A stretch of DNA of 64,000 nt from Sulfolobales archaeon (lineage in GTDB: Archaea > Thermoproteota > Thermoprotei_A > Sulfolobales > AG1), in NCBI GenBank assembly GCA_038897115.1, contig JAWAXC010000001.1:20313-84312 (forward strand), written 5' to 3'. The notes under the pieces were generated by a model. It was not told where the DNA came from. It worked only from the letters and a program-made list of their open reading frames with translations, and ran no database searches. Made by a program: the position numbers and the translations under genes. How positions within the stretch are numbered: position 1 is the first letter of the stretch; every line of letters begins with the position of its first letter. Shown piece after piece: positions 58,795 to 64,000 of the stretch.

Positions 58795-59505
58795 ATGAGT
58801 GTATCGGGTAGAGATCTTAGGGAATGGCTGACGAGGATATGTAATAGGCTTCTTGAGTATGATCCTGAGATAGTTGAGGTCATCCAGTTCGGTTCTTCTG
58901 TTTATGCTTCTGAGCATGCTAGAGATGTTGATCTGCTTGTTATTACTAAAAATCCTAAAGACTATGAGGTTTATCTAGACGCTGTTGAGGAGGTATCACC
59001 ACCATTTAATGTAGATATATTTGTTATTGAGGTTGGCAGGAAGCTTAGAGATGATTTTATAAGAGGAGTCCTGGGGGCGTTCAACATACTCTACGGCGAT
59101 GGGAAACACCTGCTAGAGTATGCCAGGATGCTTGGAGATCCAACATTTGATGAAGCCAAGGCAACGCTGAGAGTAGCTAAGAGAATATTTAATCTCGCTA
59201 AAGAGACTTCAGAGACTCTAGATAGAGACAGGTTATTCAGAGAAGCATTCGATTCATTATTCCATGCCGCGAGAATAGCCGTGATGACCTATCTATCGAC
59301 AGAGGTCTCTAGATGGGGATTGCTAAGGAGAATGCTTCCAGAACCATATAACAAGCAATTCAAAGAACTCATAGATATTCTACATATAAAATACTTCTAT
59401 CATGGAGAATATCCTAGAGAAGACGTAGAAGAGGAGTTTAATAAATGGTTTAACGAGGTCGAGAGATTTGTAGAAGCTTTAGAGAAAGAGACAAAGAATA
59501 AATAG
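58795..59505 (+). CDS. fused nucleotidyltransferase-HEPN protein
   Basis: The NTase part has IQFGSSVYASEHARDVDLLVIT. The C-terminal helical half, ...REAFDSLFHAARIAVMTYL, is HEPN-like. Confidence 0.6.
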   Translation: MSVSGRDLREWLTRICNRLLEYDPEIVEVIQFGSSVYASEHARDVDLLVITKNPKDYEVYLDAVEEVSPPFNVDIFVIEVGRKLRDDFIRGVLGAFNILYGDGKHLLEYARMLGDPTFDEAKATLRVAKRIFNLAKETSETLDRDRLFREAFDSLFHAARIAVMTYLSTEVSRWGLLRRMLPEPYNKQFKELIDILHIKYFYHGEYPREDVEEEFNKWFNEVERFVEALEKETKNK

Positions 59506-59886
59506 CTATATCTCTTCAATAAGACAAAAGGAGATAAGAGCTTATGTAGCGTTGAGACAGATCCTACGGATCAGCCCTGGATCTCCCAGAGATACCGTGG
59601 ATCCTAGGGATGTTACGAAGAGAATAAAGTATAGAGTGTTGGGTAGCAAAGCCTTTCTATATCTGGAGTGTCTCTAGCTCTCCCCCCAATAATATAATAT
59701 TGTGCCATAACTTGCTGTGGATTGCTGAGAAGTATCAATGCTAATGCTGCTATAACAACTCCCCAAAGAAAGTATCTAATATCGGTATTGTGGTATAACC
59801 ATATATGGGCCTTATGCCCATAAATATAGATACATAGCTATCTATCTAGAATCCTGGGCTTAATATTCTCCCACACCTCTATCTCT

Positions 59887-60825
59887 ATGGTGCATCAAAG
59901 ATTAGAGGGCCTTGGCATGGGATGCATATCTTCTAGGGATCTCTGGAAGATATTTGGGAATAGGGTTGAGGCTTTGAAAGGGGTATCCGTTGACATACCA
60001 TGTGGAAAGATCACGGCTTTGGTTGGGAGTAATGGGGCTGGGAAGACAACGTTCATAAGGATCGCATCGGGTGTTTTAAAACCTACATCTGGTTATATAG
60101 AGGTTCTCGGGGTAGATGTTGCTAGAGAGCCTGAGCGTGTGAGGAGTAGGGTGGCTCTTATGCCCCAGGGTAGCCTTCCCCCGGGGTTTTCAACGCCTCT
60201 CCAGTTTATATCAACCTATCTAGCCTATAGAGGGCTATCTAGGTCAGAGGCTATGTCGAGGGCTAGGGAGATATTGTCTGAGCTTGGGTTGGAGAGATAT
60301 GCTAATACAAAGTGTAATGAGCTGTCCATGGGAACCCAGCAGAGGGTTGTAGCTGCAGCAGCTATAGCCTCTAAAGCTGAGCTGGTCTTTCTCGACGAGC
60401 CCACATCCGGCTTGGATCCGATAGCCAGGAGGGGTTTCTGGAGCAGCATGCTAGGGATAAAGGAGGAGGGGTCTACGATTGTTATGACAAGCCATAATCC
60501 AGATGAGGTGGAGGCTATAGCGGACTATGTAGTTGCGATGGTCTCTGGAAGGGTTGTTGCTCAGGGGCCTCTGAAGAGTGTTGTAGAGGGGATCGGCTTC
60601 TCAAGGGTTGTGGAGGTCTATGGCGATGGTGTTAGGATAGATGGTGATAGGGTGGTGAGGATCAGAGGTATAACTGTTACCTATTACAGGGATGAGGCTG
60701 ATGCTGAGAGGGCTCTAAGATCTATACTCAGATCTGGTTTAAGGGCTAGGGTTAGGTCTGTGGGTGTTGCTGATATATTGATACTCAATGGAGGGGATCT
60801 ATATGGGGTTTATGAGGAGCCTTAG
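59887..60825 (+). CDS. ABC-2-type transporter ATP-binding protein
   Basis: GSNGAGKTT, LSMGTQQRV, LVFLDEPTSGLD. Confidence 0.9.
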   Translation: MVHQRLEGLGMGCISSRDLWKIFGNRVEALKGVSVDIPCGKITALVGSNGAGKTTFIRIASGVLKPTSGYIEVLGVDVAREPERVRSRVALMPQGSLPPGFSTPLQFISTYLAYRGLSRSEAMSRAREILSELGLERYANTKCNELSMGTQQRVVAAAAIASKAELVFLDEPTSGLDPIARRGFWSSMLGIKEEGSTIVMTSHNPDEVEAIADYVVAMVSGRVVAQGPLKSVVEGIGFSRVVEVYGDGVRIDGDRVVRIRGITVTYYRDEADAERALRSILRSGLRARVRSVGVADILILNGGDLYGVYEEP

Positions 60826-61552
60826 ATCTATGGTATACCTGGCGATATTCAATGGATATATACCGATGAGGAACAACCCGCTCTGGGTTATATCATCCTT
60901 CCTATCCCCCTTCTCCTTCTTCTTCCTCATCCTAGTGATAGGGAGGTATGAGGCTATAAACTACGCCCTAATAGGAGGTGTTGTGCTCTCCATGGCATCC
61001 TCAACATTTGGTCTTCTCGGTGATATAATTTGGTATAGATCTAGTCTAAAGCTTCAGGAGATGTTCCTAGCAACCCCAACGCCTTACTGGTCATATATAC
61101 TTGGGCTGGCATTATCAGCATATATCTGGGGCAGCCCCTCGATAGCAGGTTTCCTCCTACTCCTCTACCTCTACGGCCTCATAAGGGATGTTCTAGGGCT
61201 ACTATATATATTGATACTAACAGCGTCTCTATGGATCACAGTATCCTTCATAGTATTTCTCCTATCAACCTATATAAAGACGGAGAGGCTTGTATGGCCA
61301 TTAGCAAGTATATTGGGTCTTGGCCTCTCAGTATTCCCACCGGTATATTATCCAATAACTCTTCTCCCAGAGTGGGTTAGATGGATAGCTATCCTACCCC
61401 CCACCGCGTCTGCGAGTCTCCTGCTCCAGGTATACTCAGGTGTTCTAGATATTGAGAGCATATATATCTATACAGCTGTTGCGAATCTCTCTGCACAGAT
61501 GGTTATATCTATTCTAGCCTTTTCTATGAGGATAAGATCAACATCTAGGTAG
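60788..61552 (+). CDS. ABC-2-type transporter permease
   Basis: Six TM segments; overlaps the ATPase gene. Confidence 0.7.
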   Translation: MEGIYMGFMRSLRSMVYLAIFNGYIPMRNNPLWVISSFLSPFSFFFLILVIGRYEAINYALIGGVVLSMASSTFGLLGDIIWYRSSLKLQEMFLATPTPYWSYILGLALSAYIWGSPSIAGFLLLLYLYGLIRDVLGLLYILILTASLWITVSFIVFLLSTYIKTERLVWPLASILGLGLSVFPPVYYPITLLPEWVRWIAILPPTASASLLLQVYSGVLDIESIYIYTAVANLSAQMVISILAFSMRIRSTSR

Positions 61553-62836
61553 ATCTAAACCCCTTTTAAGAATAGCTAGGGATGCGTGGATCCCGTGGCC
61601 GAAGATGTCTCCAAGATATAGGATCTCTCCAGAAGCCCTCCATCTCATGATAATCGCTAGGGTGAGGAGCTTGCCAGCCCCATGGGGCGATGGAGAACCG
61701 CTATAAGATTGATTGGCTGGGAGTAGAATTCCTACAACCCCTCCCTTACCAACGAGTCTGAGGGAGAGGTCTAGAAACACAGCTGAGAGATCCCCTTTCC
61801 AAGATGCTTTAGAGAGACCCGGTATTTTCTCGCTACATGTTCTGATAATGCTATTCCTAACATATCTCCTAACACGCATACCCCACGGGGTTTTCGGAAG
61901 CTCGTTGAGTTCCAGCCATGGGGGGTTTGTCACAACCACATCTGCCTTGATACTATCCCTGCCCAGATCCTCTTTGATCTTTTGATCTTCGTTAGAAAGC
62001 AGATTACTCCGATCGTTATAGCGATTCAGATCCGTTGAATGCATTGTAAGGGCATCTATGAAATCCCCGCGGAAGATCCTCGGCGGTTCTCTGGGATCCA
62101 GCCCGGTTAATGCTTTAAAAGCAACTAGCATCCTAGCCCTCGAGATGATGACAGCCATGGGGTTTATATCTAACCCCCATATGCTTTGAAAGGCCTTTAT
62201 AGGGTCTTCACCTGTGAGCATTTTAGCCCTCAAAGCATGGGCGAGGAAGACACCAGATCCGCATGCCGGGTCAGCGATGATCCTGCCAGCTAGGCCTCCG
62301 CTATAGATGCTTGCCCTCTCAATAGCTATCCTGGCTACCCATGGGGGTGTGTAGTATTCTCCCATGTAGTATCTATTATCCCTGCCAACAAGCCTGCTAT
62401 ATAATTTGTCAAAGATGTTTCCAAAGGCTATATCGGCGGCGCTAGCCATCATAACCTCCTGGGCAAGATCCTTGCAGATCCTTGTGAAGAGATCATCACC
62501 CACTCCACCAGATCTCCACCATAATAATAGGGGATCTACTAGAACCCCATATCTCTCAAGCCCATAGCCATAGCACATAGCATCTATATCCTTATCCCCC
62601 GCTACATGCATACCCACAACAATGTTTACCAGGATCTGTAGGGCTGTATGTGCAGACGCGATTCTCAATAACTCTTCCCTAGATGATCTAGGATATAGCT
62701 GGTGTAGAAGCACTATATAAGTCTCAACCTCTTGGAACCCTCCACCCATGGCTTCGATGATCAAGTCTAGATATCTACTTATAACACCATAGATCCTTTC
62801 AACCCTCTTAGAACACTCTCTCACTAGTTCGCCCAA
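61538..62836 (-). CDS. N6-adenine DNA methyltransferase (gamma class), no cognate nuclease seen
   Basis: GEYYTPPWVA, motif I DPACGSGVFL, motif IV VVTNPPW. Confidence 0.8.
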   Translation of the reverse strand: MGELVRECSKRVERIYGVISRYLDLIIEAMGGGFQEVETYIVLLHQLYPRSSREELLRIASAHTALQILVNIVVGMHVAGDKDIDAMCYGYGLERYGVLVDPLLLWWRSGGVGDDLFTRICKDLAQEVMMASAADIAFGNIFDKLYSRLVGRDNRYYMGEYYTPPWVARIAIERASIYSGGLAGRIIADPACGSGVFLAHALRAKMLTGEDPIKAFQSIWGLDINPMAVIISRARMLVAFKALTGLDPREPPRIFRGDFIDALTMHSTDLNRYNDRSNLLSNEDQKIKEDLGRDSIKADVVVTNPPWLELNELPKTPWGMRVRRYVRNSIIRTCSEKIPGLSKASWKGDLSAVFLDLSLRLVGKGGVVGILLPANQSYSGSPSPHGAGKLLTLAIIMRWRASGEILYLGDIFGHGIHASLAILKRGLDLPRC

Positions 62837-62857
62837 TTTGATTTATTATGGCTATTT

Positions 62858-63264
62858 TTGTCTTTTTTATGTATAGCGCGTCATAAATGGATAGCCCGTT
62901 GTGTAGCGATATCTCTAGAGCCATCAGCGAACCAAAATCCATTTAAGATAGAGATAAGAGAACTATCTGTGATAAGCAGAGAATTCAGCGCAAACAAAGG
63001 TAATCGTAATATAAGATTAGCATCTACTGATAGTGTTAACCGCAAAATCTACAAGTTTCCGAAGAAAAACTGTTGCAACACACCAGCATCATGGCAATGA
63101 AATACGGCTTCAAAGTCTACCTAGCGAACCCGGCTAACACATCGAAGTTGGGAGCAGAGATAGGAAGAAAACTAGGGCTAGATAAACACACAGCATCAGC
63201 ATATATAGTAGCACTCAAATATATAAGAGTAGCGGATAGCGTTTCCCCTCTCAGGTATTTGTGA
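62858..63264 (+). pseudogene. degraded TnpB/RuvC-like nuclease C-terminal remnant (frameshifted, no zinc finger)
   Basis: Two frames: ...NRKIYKFPKK then AMKYGFKVYLANPANTSKLGAEIGRKLGLDKHTASAYIVAL. These resemble the vnP.yTS motif and the D..(N)AA.NI RuvC-III region of TnpB. Confidence 0.3.
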
Positions 63265-63912
63265 AAGGGGCTAGCCTTCGGTGTAGGATCACCAGCTTCA
63301 CCAACACCCCATGAGGCTCTGTCGAGGGGAACGCCATACCCCCTCCCATCTATTGTATGTTTTCCGCTGCCCCTCAACGCATCGCGAATCACTGGGGCAG
63401 CCCTCTGTCTCAACTAAGTAATTAGAGTGACTAGAGGTATCTAAATTTATCGCTAAGTCCGAAACAGCCTAAGAAAATCGCTTTATAACCAAAAGTATCG
63501 CCAAGAAGCTGTAACAACCAAGGAAATCTAAAAACCATTACTAAGCTAACAGTCCTGGACATAGCCAGGATCGATGATGAGGATCCATAGAGAACTGTGA
63601 TCCACCTCCCTTAACAACACCCTTTCTAGCAACTATGTTTCTAACCTCTCCTCACGATCAACAAACCCGCCGAGATATGTCTCATAGTTATGCATTCTAG
63701 AAATGAACTATGTCCCTATCCTCCCTCTTGATCCTCTCCTCTGCTGCTACACATATACCCAGATATAAATAACTTAAAAGAGTAAGGAGAGCTATAGCTC
63801 TATCTCCTCAGCACCTTCAAGACCATAGCAAAAACCTCTCATTTAATGCTTCTTAGTGCTTCCTCTGCTGTTTTTATCTATGTGTATGCTAGTATGTAGT
63901 CTAGCTTCTTAT

Positions 63913-64000
63913 GCCTTTGGCTGCGGTTTTTGGTTTTATGTTGGTTTATGTTTGTTGATAGCGTTCTTGGGTGGTGCTTATGATCTTTTCTGCTATAAAT
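63913..64000 (-). repeat. roughly 90-nt dispersed repeat, copy B (inverted; runs into the window edge)
   Basis: The reverse complement ATTTATAGCAGAAAAGATCATAAGCACCACCCAAGAACGCTATCAACAAACATAAACCAACATAAAACCAAAAACCGCAGCCAAAGGC aligns with 52681-52772. Confidence 0.8.

Noticed and set aside
63573-63625. An ATGATGA followed by GTGATCC, looking like a C/D-box sRNA. Similar C-box-only hits occur at 28783, 50081 and 50101.
   Set aside because: No CTGA D or D' boxes occur at 12-13-nt spacing on either strand.
1-64000. A CRISPR array, rRNA genes, or a prophage/provirus.
   Set aside because: No regularly spaced direct repeats were seen in any intergenic region. No rRNA-like conserved stretches were seen. 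There are no integrase, capsid or other virus hallmark genes, and no att-like duplicate of the tRNA-Ala 3' end.

Overview
The window looks like a 64-kb chromosomal segment of a hyperthermophilic crenarchaeote. Evidence for this is AGG/ATA/CTA-rich codon usage, leaderless-style TATA boxes, a PaREP1-like gene, a CydA/CydA-prime oxidase and an Ahb-type heme pathway. A Thermoproteales-like source (Caldivirga or Vulcanisaeta) is only a guess.

Most of the window is housekeeping:
- a BMP/nucleoside ABC transporter next to an HTH-PRTase regulator
- a subtilisin-like protease
- a nine-gene heme/siroheme supercluster (hemA, B, C, D, L, SUMT, sirC, ahbAB)
- penicillin-acylase-family and asparaginase-family Ntn hydrolases
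- PCNA, a GH38 alpha-mannosidase, carA, a KaiC-like ATPase, Alba, aEF-2, tRNA-Ala(UGC), and two further ABC systems

Accessory and unusual content:
1. A tnpB-only IS200/IS605-type element is inserted after TTGAT inside cydA. The empty site can be reconstructed to the base.
2. About 30-nt imperfect palindromes related to that element's end hairpins are scattered through intergenic regions.
3. Several HEPN/nucleotidyltransferase modules are present. One is a HEPN gene preceded by an in-frame tandem pseudo-MNT with a 188-bp perfect internal repeat.
4. An orphan N6-adenine DNA methyltransferase lies beside a degraded, zinc-finger-less TnpB-like remnant.
5. Three C/D-box sRNA candidates were found by eye, two of them in a 1.1-kb gene-free region.
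6. A conserved intergenic motif occurs twice and fits no RNA class I could test.
7. A roughly 90-nt inverted repeat pair reaches the window edge.
8. Two ORF pairs are separated only by an in-frame stop codon.

I saw no rRNA and no CRISPR array. All functional calls rest on motif recognition in the supplied translations; no database search was run.
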